Positions 1 through 9,743 of a stretch of DNA of 64,000 bases are shown piece after piece (within the stretch, counting starts at the first letter, position 1; every line of letters starts with the position of its first letter). Under the pieces are notes generated by a model. The model saw nothing but the letters and a program-made list of their open reading frames with translations, searched no databases and was not told where the DNA came from. Made by a program: the position numbers and the translations under genes. The DNA comes from Rhynchopus sp. YZ270_cl-10 (lineage: Eukaryota), in contig OZ037835.1 of NCBI GenBank assembly GCA_964035575.1, positions 744,001 to 808,000 of the forward strand. The letters are read 5' to 3'.

Positions 1-887
1 AACGTCGTCGCAAAAATCATAAACGCAGTGTCACCCGCGCCATTCCGACCACATCGGATGGGGGTCACCAAAAGGAGATACTATAAAAACAAAATGCAAT
101 AAATGAATCTGATGGTGGTGGTGGTGGGTGGGTGGGTTGTAATACGCAAAAGGGGGCGAGGGGAGGGAAGAAAGTGAAAGTTGATTGTTCATCTTTGTTT
201 CTATCTCAACAGACCTGCTTCAGTAAGATGCAGGATCATCGGTTGGCAACCTTTAAAAGCGGGAACACTGTAAAGTGCCCTTTTGCACCGTAGGGTAGTG
301 AAGCGTCGTGAGGGTGTTGATGATAATATTTTATCTGCACCCGCAACGTAAACACCACTTGCATTTAGAATAAAATATTTTCCTCTCCTTTGTTCTTCCA
401 CGCGTGCTAGATTTTGTGTTCGCTTATTTATCAAAAACCTTTCCCTCTCGCCACTCCCTGCCTTTGCCCCCTTGGCTCACCTGCTTGGTACGCATACAGC
501 GGATGAGTCGTTACATGAAAACTACTGGTGTATATCGGAATATATAGGAACCAAATTGTAAAGTCGGAAAAGAATAGTGTACAGTGGAAGTGGCAGTGTG
601 TGTCACTCCAAAAACCAAGTGGTCAAAGCACAACGCATGCATGGTAGTGAAAACATGCGCAACAAGCAAGTCTGCAGGTGTTATGTTCTAACGTAGCACA
701 AACTAACGTAAACATCCACAAAACGAACAGAACACATGTGTAATCGCAACACATCTTGGAAAAGACGTGTGAATATGAACAGACAACACACTTAGTGCAC
801 TGTAAGTGTAACACCTCGACAAGCCGCTCTTCTGTCCTCGCACAACGCACCCGCAGTGGCATGAGGGCACCACCGCACGAGGCAGTG

Positions 888-3800
888 TCAACACCATTCG
901 TCCTCGTCACTCTCTTCACATTCCTCAGAGTTTCCAAACTCCACTGTTCCCACTACGCCATAATTATAACTAAAACTGCGCTCATCACAAAGAATCCGTC
1001 TCGCAAGTTCAGGTTCCACAGCATCAGCATTGCGACAGCCAAATGTACAAGAAACTGTTGGAGGGACACCGATCACTCTCTTCAGCCGCAACCCATCAAT
1101 CCTGCCGTCTTCCCCAGTGCAGATCGTCCACACACGCACAGTGTTGTCCCGACAACTACAGATCACTTCGCGTCCATCAGGGATCACAGCAACGCTGTAC
1201 GAACCCCAATGTTCTTTTTGCACCACTATCTCTCCAGTGGTCATGCTCCACACAAGCATAGATAAGCGGGACGACGTCACCAAGTGAGCTCCATCAGGTG
1301 TCAGTGCCACGCCGTCGAGGAGAGCACCACATTCCAAGGTGAAGACCTCCCTCCCGCTGGCAACATCGCGCACACTCACATTCTCGTTCTCAGAGCCTGA
1401 AACAACACGAGACCCATCGCAAGTCACGGCTTCGCCTTTAAAGATTTGTTCAGCATCAAGTTTGCTGCTTTGCTGTAGAATGCAACCATTTTTGTATAAT
1501 CCTCCTTCAACTACCTGTGTCTGCCTGCCGGTGGATGCGTTCCAGATGGAGTACCCCTTGCCACCGTACGAAATGATAGATCCATCAGGGGACAGTGCCA
1601 CAGACTTTCCTGAGAGTCCTTCGAAACCTGGTGTCTCCTTCCCTGTCGTGATGATCAACACTCCAACACTAGTGTTGCTGGAGCATGAAACCACGTGGCA
1701 TCCATCTGGTGACACTGTAACTGCTGCCACTGAAGTACCAAAATACCCTACCAACACCGTCACCTCCTTCCCAGTCGAAATGCTCCAAACGTGCACAGTG
1801 CCTCTCTCGGATCCAGCAACGACGTGACATCCATCGGGAGTGACTGCCACTGATGTCAACTTGGCGTCGGCACGGAACACCATCACCTCTGCCCCAGTCG
1901 AGAGGTTCCAAAGATGTGCGTCATCAGAGCACGAAACAACATGGCATCCATCGGGAGTGACTGCTAGTGCATGCGAAGACTCCACACAACAAGGCCACTG
2001 CATCTCCTGCTTCCCCGTCACCAGATCCCATACGCACAGCACCTCCTGAGAGCATGTCACTATTTGACTTCCATCCTTGGTAATAACCATGCTGCGAATG
2101 CCAGGCGACTCCACTGCCAGCACTTCCTTCCTCGTCAAGATATCCCACACACGGACGCCGTCTTTAGCTTTATAAGTTGAAACAACTTTAGAACTGTCGG
2201 GAGTGACTGCCACTTCGTTCACCTTACCTTCGTGGCCTTCCAAGACGAACCCTGCCTCCCCAGTGTGCATATCCCACACACGCACAGTTTTGTCGTCAGA
2301 GCACGAAACTACGCGGCTTCCGTCAGGTGTTACTGCTACTCCATTGATGTACTCCGAATGTCCTTCCAAGACCATCACTTCTTCACCAGAAGACATGCTC
2401 CACACATGTACACTGCAGTCGTTGCCAACTGTAACGATTTGACTGCCATCAGGTGTGACTGCCACATCATTGGCATGATGCTGCAGTACAGGAAGTGGTG
2501 TGCCAAGGGAGCAGTCAGGCAGCATCGTGCCACCCATGTCGCAGGTGTGGAACTCAGTGTGCTCCAGCCAGCAGTTCGAGAAGGAAGCGCCCGTCAGCGC
2601 CGTCTCCACAAACAGAGACGCGCGCAGGTCGCAGTTCGACACACGGATCCCGCTCAGGTCCTCCCCACTCACAGGGATGCGTGCACGTGCCAGCAGTGCT
2701 GCTGCATTCGACCCTGCTGTCACAGCACCCTCCCCACCAACTACTGCATCTCCACCTGAACTGCCACGTGTCGCCTTCACAGCCGCAAGCAGCTCTGTGC
2801 AGGCACGTTCGTACAGCACACTGTCTCCACACACCAGCGCCGCAAAGAACCCAAGCACACGCTGCGAATCCTTGCTGAAGCTCCGCTGCACCAGCGTCCC
2901 CAGTGTCCCTGCTGGGTCACGTGCAAGCCGCCGTGCTGCAAGGTGCTCCCCAAGCGACTTGTGCCGGAACGTGAACGCACTCCGCTCTTCCCCAAAGTCC
3001 TCAATCCGGAACGGCAGGCAGCGGAAGCACGCATCCCGCACAGCCTCACACACACCGTGCTGCGAATCAAGAATCTGCGACGCCACACCCACAGTCCCCT
3101 GCCACTCGTTTGTCTCCAGCATCCTGCATGCAACAAGCTCCCCTGCACGCACCACATCCTCCAAAGACACATCCGAAACAGCAACAGCAACTCCACCAGA
3201 CGCCATCTCCTTCTTCGTCCACGTCTCCAGGTAGGCCTCGTAGATCACCTCCTCAGAAGCCTTCCCGCTGCACTGTGCGTGGCACGCCATGTGCAGCACA
3301 AACGGGTTCCGCAGCTGCACAAGTCCCTCAACGTCCTCCTCACGCACGAAGACTGTGCGCTCTCCATCCTTCTCCTTCTCCTTCCCCTTTTTGTGTTCCT
3401 TCTCCCAGGCTGTGTTTGCACGCTCGATGTACATTCTCGCATCCACCTCTGTGAACGGCTGCATGTACACAGCACGTACACCAGCACCACACACACCAGT
3501 CGGAGACGTGTCCACACCCTTCAGGTACTCACCACGCACAGTCACAACAACGCTGCAGTGTGCCTCCACCCACGGATGCCGGCACAGAAGGCCACCCTCA
3601 GCCACCACAGCACCCACATCCTCCTGCGTCAGCCCCACCTCGTCCAGCGAGTCCAGCACCAGCACCACCTCGTACGTCTCCGCAAGGTACGCACGGTCCG
3701 CCTCCCGCAGCGCAAACGACTCCAGCACAAACCTGTCCAGCCCTCCCTTCTCAAGCAGGTGCTGCTTCACAGTCGGCAGCGCCACAAACACAGGGAAGTA

Positions 3801-5918
3801 CAGCTTCGCATCCGCATCCGCAGTCACGTCACTCACCACGCTGTTTCTGTTCCTGTTCGTGTCTTCGTTGCTGGTGCTTTCGCTCTTCCTCGCAGACGTT
3901 GCAAGGTCGCTCAGAATTGCAATCGAAGCAGACGTCTTCCCGCTCCCTCCTTCTCCGATCACACACAGCACACCACACCTCCCTTGTCTTTCTTCTCTCG
4001 CATCCACATCAGGCTTGCGCTCTCTGCCCGCTGCTGCCTGTGTGCACTCGGAAGACATCTGCTTCCCACCTCCACCTCCACGTACACGTGCACGAAGCCA
4101 CCTCCGCACCTCCTCCATCAGCGGACGTGTCTCCGACTCATCCACACGTGTGTCGTCCCCCACACGCCCCTCCACGTACTGCGCAAGGTAGTCCTTGAAG
4201 AACGCGACTGTGTGTCCCATCACCTCCTGCAGCGCACCCACCTGCTCAGCCGCACTCGTCTCCCCCACACCCACACCAGAACACACCTCCTGCATCACAA
4301 TCACGTCAAAGCACAACCCCATCATCCGCAGCAACGTAGGCGAAAGCTTCCACTGCACCCGGTACTCGATGTTCGCTGTGTACAGCAGCTCGTCCTCCGA
4401 AGCATACACAGACGAGAACTTCACGTCTGCAGCACCCTCCTTCGCCACCACCACAAAGAACGCCCCACCCTTCCCGTACATGAAGCTCCGAGCCACATCC
4501 CGCTTCAGTGTTGTCGACGTGAAGCAGTTCCACACAATGTGCGTATTGAGAGCGTACTTCGCAGACACGTTCACATTGATCCCGCGGAACACAGTCCGCA
4601 GCTGCTTCCGACGGCTCCCAATCAGCCGGTCCAGACCACGGATCAGCGGCGCAAAGGTCGCAATCACGTGCAGCTGCGGGGGTGCGGGTGACAGCTCAAA
4701 CACGTTCAGTGCTGCCTTCTCAGGTGTCCCCTTCCACTCCTTCACTGCAGCCAGCTGCCCCACAGCACGCATCGCAGTGTTCATCGTCATGTACAGCGCA
4801 AGCGACTGTGAATCAGCTGCACTCCCGTGGTTGTCCAGCACAGCCCGCTCCGTCAGTCTGATGTACCGCAGCTTCCCGTCAGGCCCTTTTGCAATCTGCG
4901 GTGTCCCATCCTCGTCACACACAACATCCCCGCCGCTGTCCAGCACATACTCCACACAGTCAGACGTGAACAGGAACCCCGACAGCAGCAGCTCAAACGG
5001 GTCGCGTGCCGCCATCCAGTCCTCCACCTCCACGTGACCACCACGTGTCCCCGCAGCCTCCCTCCGTCCTCTCATGTCCTCCAGCAGACGCTTGCACACC
5101 ACACGGAACCCCGCCTCCATGTGCCGCACGTGTTCGTCTGTGTAGCCCAACGGCGGATCCACCTTTGGCAGACCACGCAGCCAGCACAGCAGGTCTTCAC
5201 CTCCATTGCTGTTCTTGTTGTTGTTGCTGTCGTCTGTTTTCCGCAGCCACTCCACCTTCCGTCCGTCTGTGTGCCGCAGTGCACCCGTGTCCCCGTCAAG
5301 ATCGTCCTCTCCCAGCTGTCTGTCTCCAGTCGAGGTGTTCGTGTCTTTCGCCATGTCCATGTGAGGGTCAGTAAGAGGTGCTGTCGTTGCATCTCCACTG
5401 CTCCGTTCCACACCCACACCTGTTGTTGTTGTTGTTGTTGTTCCTATTGCTGTTCTGGCGACACCGTGAGTGAGGTACACCTGCACAGCATCAGTCGAGG
5501 TGTTCGTGTCTTTCGCCATGTCCATGTGAGGGTCAGTAAGAGGTGCTGTCGTTGCATCAGCTGTTGCTGTTCTTGTTGTTGTTGTGACGACACCGTGAGT
5601 GAGGTACACCTGCACAGCATCCTCCACCTCCACAAGGATCTCTGCTGCATGCACCCCCAGCTCCGCCTCGAGTCGCCCCCGCACATCCGCGTCCCTGTGC
5701 TGCAGTGCGTACCACAGCGGCACCTTCCCGTCCCTGTCACGCACGTTCCCTGCCCCGTTCAAAACAAGAAACCGCACTGCCTCCACGTCCCCCGCAAGCA
5801 CGGCACTGTGCAGCATTGTCCTCCCGTCCACGCTGTCCACTGCGTCCACGGGCCTCTCCTTCCCAGTAATTCCCTTTGCAATCTCGTCCTTTTCAGGCTT
5901 CGACGCTCCGGATCCCAT
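888..5918 (-). CDS. NLR-like STAND protein copy A: myristoylation motif-ankyrin-ADP-ribosyltransferase-NACHT NTPase-pentapeptide-WD40 (1676 aa)
   Basis: MGSGAS start; ankyrin [21 protein letters not shown]...[12 protein letters not shown] motifs VFRG / FTSTT / SEDELL; Walker A GEGGSGKT; Walker [22 protein letters not shown] winged-helix-like motif; pentapeptide [27 protein letters not shown]; many VAVTPDG...VRVWD WD40 repeats. Confidence 0.9.
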   Translation of the reverse strand: MGSGASKPEKDEIAKGITGKERPVDAVDSVDGRTMLHSAVLAGDVEAVRFLVLNGAGNVRDRDGKVPLWYALQHRDADVRGRLEAELGVHAAEILVEVEDAVQVYLTHGVVTTTTRTATADATTAPLTDPHMDMAKDTNTSTDAVQVYLTHGVARTAIGTTTTTTTGVGVERSSGDATTAPLTDPHMDMAKDTNTSTGDRQLGEDDLDGDTGALRHTDGRKVEWLRKTDDSNNNKNSNGGEDLLCWLRGLPKVDPPLGYTDEHVRHMEAGFRVVCKRLLEDMRGRREAAGTRGGHVEVEDWMAARDPFELLLSGFLFTSDCVEYVLDSGGDVVCDEDGTPQIAKGPDGKLRYIRLTERAVLDNHGSAADSQSLALYMTMNTAMRAVGQLAAVKEWKGTPEKAALNVFELSPAPPQLHVIATFAPLIRGLDRLIGSRRKQLRTVFRGINVNVSAKYALNTHIVWNCFTSTTLKRDVARSFMYGKGGAFFVVVAKEGAADVKFSSVYASEDELLYTANIEYRVQWKLSPTLLRMMGLCFDVIVMQEVCSGVGVGETSAAEQVGALQEVMGHTVAFFKDYLAQYVEGRVGDDTRVDESETRPLMEEVRRWLRARVRGGGGGKQMSSECTQAAAGRERKPDVDAREERQGRCGVLCVIGEGGSGKTSASIAILSDLATSARKSESTSNEDTNRNRNSVVSDVTADADAKLYFPVFVALPTVKQHLLEKGGLDRFVLESFALREADRAYLAETYEVVLVLDSLDEVGLTQEDVGAVVAEGGLLCRHPWVEAHCSVVVTVRGEYLKGVDTSPTGVCGAGVRAVYMQPFTEVDARMYIERANTAWEKEHKKGKEKEKDGERTVFVREEDVEGLVQLRNPFVLHMACHAQCSGKASEEVIYEAYLETWTKKEMASGGVAVAVSDVSLEDVVRAGELVACRMLETNEWQGTVGVASQILDSQHGVCEAVRDACFRCLPFRIEDFGEERSAFTFRHKSLGEHLAARRLARDPAGTLGTLVQRSFSKDSQRVLGFFAALVCGDSVLYERACTELLAAVKATRGSSGGDAVVGGEGAVTAGSNAAALLARARIPVSGEDLSGIRVSNCDLRASLFVETALTGASFSNCWLEHTEFHTCDMGGTMLPDCSLGTPLPVLQHHANDVAVTPDGSQIVTVGNDCSVHVWSMSSGEEVMVLEGHSEYINGVAVTPDGSRVVSCSDDKTVRVWDMHTGEAGFVLEGHEGKVNEVAVTPDSSKVVSTYKAKDGVRVWDILTRKEVLAVESPGIRSMVITKDGSQIVTCSQEVLCVWDLVTGKQEMQWPCCVESSHALAVTPDGCHVVSCSDDAHLWNLSTGAEVMVFRADAKLTSVAVTPDGCHVVAGSERGTVHVWSISTGKEVTVLVGYFGTSVAAVTVSPDGCHVVSCSSNTSVGVLIITTGKETPGFEGLSGKSVALSPDGSIISYGGKGYSIWNASTGRQTQVVEGGLYKNGCILQQSSKLDAEQIFKGEAVTCDGSRVVSGSENENVSVRDVASGREVFTLECGALLDGVALTPDGAHLVTSSRLSMLVWSMTTGEIVVQKEHWGSYSVAVIPDGREVICSCRDNTVRVWTICTGEDGRIDGLRLKRVIGVPPTVSCTFGCRNADAVEPELARRILCDERSFSYNYGVVGTVEFGNSEECEESDEDEWC

Positions 5919-7144
5919 CTTCCTGAAACAAAATGTGTGTTGTGTGTTTGTTCCCAGATGTTGGTGTGTTATCCCTGTTTGTGTGTTGTGGAATGAAGGA
6001 GAAGAAGATCAAGAATCATAATTGCGTCGGCAACATCACCCTCCACGCTGAACAACGGGGTGACGTGACGCCTTATGACGACGCGCTGCTGGCCGCCCAC
6101 AAGTGAGCGGCAGAAATAGCTGACCTTTGCACACGGCTGACCCTGTTCACACAGGGAAGGAACAGCAACGAGCGTGAACGCCTCGAGTCCGGCATAGCGC
6201 AGCATGCCAGGGGCTGTACAAGGGGCTGTCCCAAGGACACAAGGAGGGGAGCAACGGACCCTGCGTACCGCTCCTACTACAGGCAGCAGTTCTGGCAGTA
6301 CCAAAATATGGGACAAAGCTGGCACTGAAGGATGCCATCTCGGCAACTCGGGTACCGAAGAAGTGGGAAGGGTACCCTGGGGAGTTGTTCGCTGTGCTGG
6401 CGAGAAAGAACATCACGCGAAAGCGAGGTGCCGATGAAGGCCTTGGCTAGAATGAGGAGGTAAGCGAAGGGACAGTTGAGTCAGCAACATTGAGGACGAA
6501 CACACCCTTCTCACGCAGCATGTTCAGGGGCCGCTGCCAAGCCAACATCAAACCAGTAGGTACTGGAGCAGGTACCTGACCCCTGACACCACAACGTACA
6601 AAAAACCCCTCAGAACTTAGTGAGAATTTCTGCGGACTATGACAGTCTGTGAGAGCCTGTGAGATGCTGAGGGCTAGTGAAAAATCTCTCCCCGTCTATA
6701 GATGTGCTGAGAGCGAAGAAACAAGAAGGGTGGGGTTGTCTAACTGTGAGCAAAACTGAAAAGTTGTTCACTAGTGTAATGGAGAGCAAAATACACAAAC
6801 AAACAAAAAAGACAAACCCCAGAACGAAACCACACACCAGCACGATACCAGCGTGGCTGAACAAGATATTTGTGGCGGATTCGTTGATGGTTGCCCTACT
6901 AAGGTGAATGCTGCAACGATTGTCGACACAAGAAAAGTGGAGGATTGCACAAACTGTGACAACTACAACCCAGGCAACTACACTAATCCATCAGAAATAA
7001 AAGAAGGACGCTATGCTAGGGGGCCTCAGCAGTTTTTCTCTTCCTCTTCTTTGTCATTTTGGGTTGGAAATGTCTTTCAGAAAGAATTGTGTTACGTGGG
7101 GCCTAGTTACTGGGACACTTTCCCAGCTTTTTTAGCTATTGTGT

Positions 7145-7265
7145 GAAAATATGGAAGGTGTGGAATTCCTCAACACTCCACCTTGGTAAAATGAAACAGC
7201 AAGAGACCCAAACTCGGGGAAAAGCAAAGTCGGAAATGAATAATGTACAGATGTGGAAGTGACAG
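7145..7265. repeat. Orphan copy of the NLR-gene 3' flanking sequence
   Basis: AAAATATGGAAGGTGTGGAATTCCTCAAC...AAAGCAAAGTCGGAAATGAATA matches ~14003-14125 downstream of copy B, but no NLR CDS is attached. Confidence 0.7.
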
Positions 7266-7807
7266 GCCACTCCGGTGCACAGGGTGCCTGTCACACCAAC
7301 AACACCATTAACAGTACCTTTCTTTCTTGTACAACAAACAACTATGACAACACCGCTTGCCGGCAGAGCAAGGAGCAACTAATACATTAGGCGTGGAAAC
7401 GCTTCAGAGAACACATACTACGGTGGGTCACTCATTAAGAACACAAAGAGAAATCCTTCTCATTTTACCTCAACAAGTAGAGCGGGTTTGCCAAGTGCTC
7501 TTCATTAGTGTCCACTGACCGACAGGAAAAAGAGGGTGTGTTTAATTTTTCCTTCCTTCAAAACTTCACAACGCTTTTGGTTATTGGGAGACACATCATA
7601 AAAGAAAAGATTGTAAGATGACCCTAAGCCTCTCGTGCTAGTTTGCCAACTCTACATTCATGATATCGTAAAACTCTTCGTGAACACCATTTGGTGTAGC
7701 TGAAGGGGGGGTGCTATTTTGTGCTATTTTGTAAAATTTTGGGGTCGGCCAGCCACACCACCATTTGTCATTTTGTTTGGACCAATAGCCCCCCTTTTAG
7801 TCTGCCG

Positions 7808-8390
7808 AGGTGCCAGGTTCTATGATATGCACGGAACCACCCTGCACCTGTTTGTCATATTGTTTCCCGTGCAATACATGGAGAAACGTTTCGCACTCGA
7901 AACTAGGGAAAGCTTTTTGATAAAAATTAGCGAAATACAAAAATCAGCGCGTGTGGAAGAAAAAAGGAGAGGAAAATATTTTATTACCTGGGAAATAAAG
8001 TTGTAGGTGGACTCGTGAAGAAAAAGTGCGACATAATCTGGACTTTAATCTGTAGAAGGGGCATAAAGTCTTTAAATACCTTGTTTATTTCCCCGATTTG
8101 TGTACCTGTTTTGTATGGAGTTTGTGAGAAAGGGGACAAAAAGTACTTTATTTCTGAATTTTCACTTTAAATCCTGAGTGCCAGGCATTGTGATGTTGCG
8201 TTGTGTTGATAAACCTATTATTTGCTTCTATATGTCACACTTTCTTGACGAGTCCACCTACAACTATATTTCCACGGTAATAAAATATTTTTTCTGACTC
8301 AAAGTGGTGTTTACGTTTTGGGTACGGGGCGGGGAATAAAATCTGTTCGATAAAAGAAACGCGAGCTTATTTGTTTTATCTTGTTCAGAA
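7808..8390 (+). repeat. Dispersed intergenic repeat family R1 (here interrupted by a MITE)
   Basis: Segments recur at ~365-440 (-), 42880-42918/44005-44127/47996-48170 (-), 54680-54840 (+) and 59140-59312 (+), e.g. GCGCGTGTGGAAGAAAAAAG and TTTTGGGTACGGGGCGG. Confidence 0.75.
7983..8281. mobile_element. MITE with ~50-bp imperfect TIRs inserted into R1
   Basis: ATTACCTGGGAAATAAAGTTGTAGGTGGACTCGT / ACGAGTCCACCTACAACTATATTTCCACGGTAAT, flanked both sides by palindromic AAAATATTTT (TSD length therefore ambiguous); empty site seen at ~59206. Confidence 0.75.
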
Positions 8391-8563
8391 AAAAATGCTC
8401 GAGAGACTCGTTCCTCTTTGCTTGTTGCTCAAAAGACTATATCTAAAAACGGGAGGGGGTGAAGTAAAGGCTGTTTGTTGTTCGCTTCCACACCACTTCT
8501 GTACTCAGATTCAAGTCTTTTGGCTGTCCTTACAAGCGCCTGCCAAAACGCTCGCCTCGTGGG

Positions 8564-9013
8564 CAGGCTATTTCCTAACTCTGGGGCGTTTTTGCCGAAA
8601 TTTAAAAGAAAGGCAAAAAAAGTGCGGTATTTTCCTGTGGCTTTTTCCCACCCAAGAGGGCGTTTTGTTGCATTTCCGAGCCAATCCCGGGTTGTGGTGC
8701 TTGTGGTTTCTTAAGGAAATCCTAGTAACGCGAGATCTCTGAAAACCTCGAAAACGAACCCCGCCGGGGGCGGATTCTTTTACACACGTGCGCGCAAAAA
8801 TACTTTTTTCTTGCTTATTTCGCACATTTGGAGCACGGGACCCCAACATTTTTTTCCTGGTCACTTTTTCCCAGACAGAAGTGCCCTACCTACCTTCCCC
8901 CTTAGGCGAAAAAAATGTGCGGCAACCGGGCAAATTTAGTCATGTAAAAAAAAGTGCGGCATTTCCAAAATCTCAAATCCGTATTTTGGGAGGCAGATTT
9001 AGGAAATAGCCTG
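8564..9013. mobile_element. Non-autonomous hAT-like element
   Basis: TIR CAGGCTATTTCCTAA / TTAGGAAATAGCCTG; 8-bp TSD CTCGTGGG at 8556-8563 and 9014-9021. Confidence 0.85.
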
Positions 9014-9743
9014 CTCGTGGGTGTGGACTTTTTTATTTTTGTTGTATCGACAATCACCTACCGAGGTAGGATCTGTACACAATGTCGCCCTAAGGCTTTG
9101 TACTTAATCGGTATGGACGGAGGCCATCCTCAACCCTAGAAAGTAGCTTTTATTTGTTGATTAGCATTCAAAGTGCTGTTTTGTACACAAAAGTTGCATC
9201 TTCAAAGTTTTAGGGTAAGGGGGTGGGTAAAAGGGGTCACGTGAAGAAATCTTAACGTACACTCTCTGTTGATTCTAAAACGGGGGAGGGTAAAAAAGGC
9301 GTGAAAGGTAAATTGGGGAAGAGGTTGAAAAGTTGGAACGCTTCCTCAGCCCAGATCACACACATATGTCACAAGTGTCATGTCACCGAAAAAATAAAGT
9401 AGTTGGCAAAATTTCAGTACATCATGTTTCAGTCCTAACTGCATACATTGGTCGTAACAGAGAGGGACATCGTCAGTGCAAGACCCTCCGTGATGTAAAG
9501 AGATCAAGCCACTGTTGCTATTATCAAACAGTTTTCCATGGTCTACTTGTCTTTTCTTAGAACTCAAAACCACAAAACCAAACGTATAAAACATTTGTGA
9601 CTTGGCTTCTGTCAGCTGGCAAGGGAGGTGTCGCTACTCACCTGCCGAAGACTGCTGCCCTTTATTTTCTTCTTCTTTTTCTTCGACTTGATTTACGGTA
9701 CAGCACTGTGTAGTATTCTTCCGAATGAAAGAACACAGCAACC

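Noticed and set aside
1000..2490. Diversity-generating retroelement as the cause of WD40 variation
   Set aside because: No reverse transcriptase or template/variable repeat pair in the window; differences include indels and are not evidently adenine-specific.
2943..4691. Long + strand ORFs overlapping the NLR genes (also 16701-18443 and 22607-24817)
   Set aside because: Antisense shadows of GC-biased coding sequence with no recognisable motifs.
5969..6437. GC-rich ORFs upstream of copy A
   Set aside because: No recognisable motifs and no counterpart upstream of B or C; cannot support a gene call.
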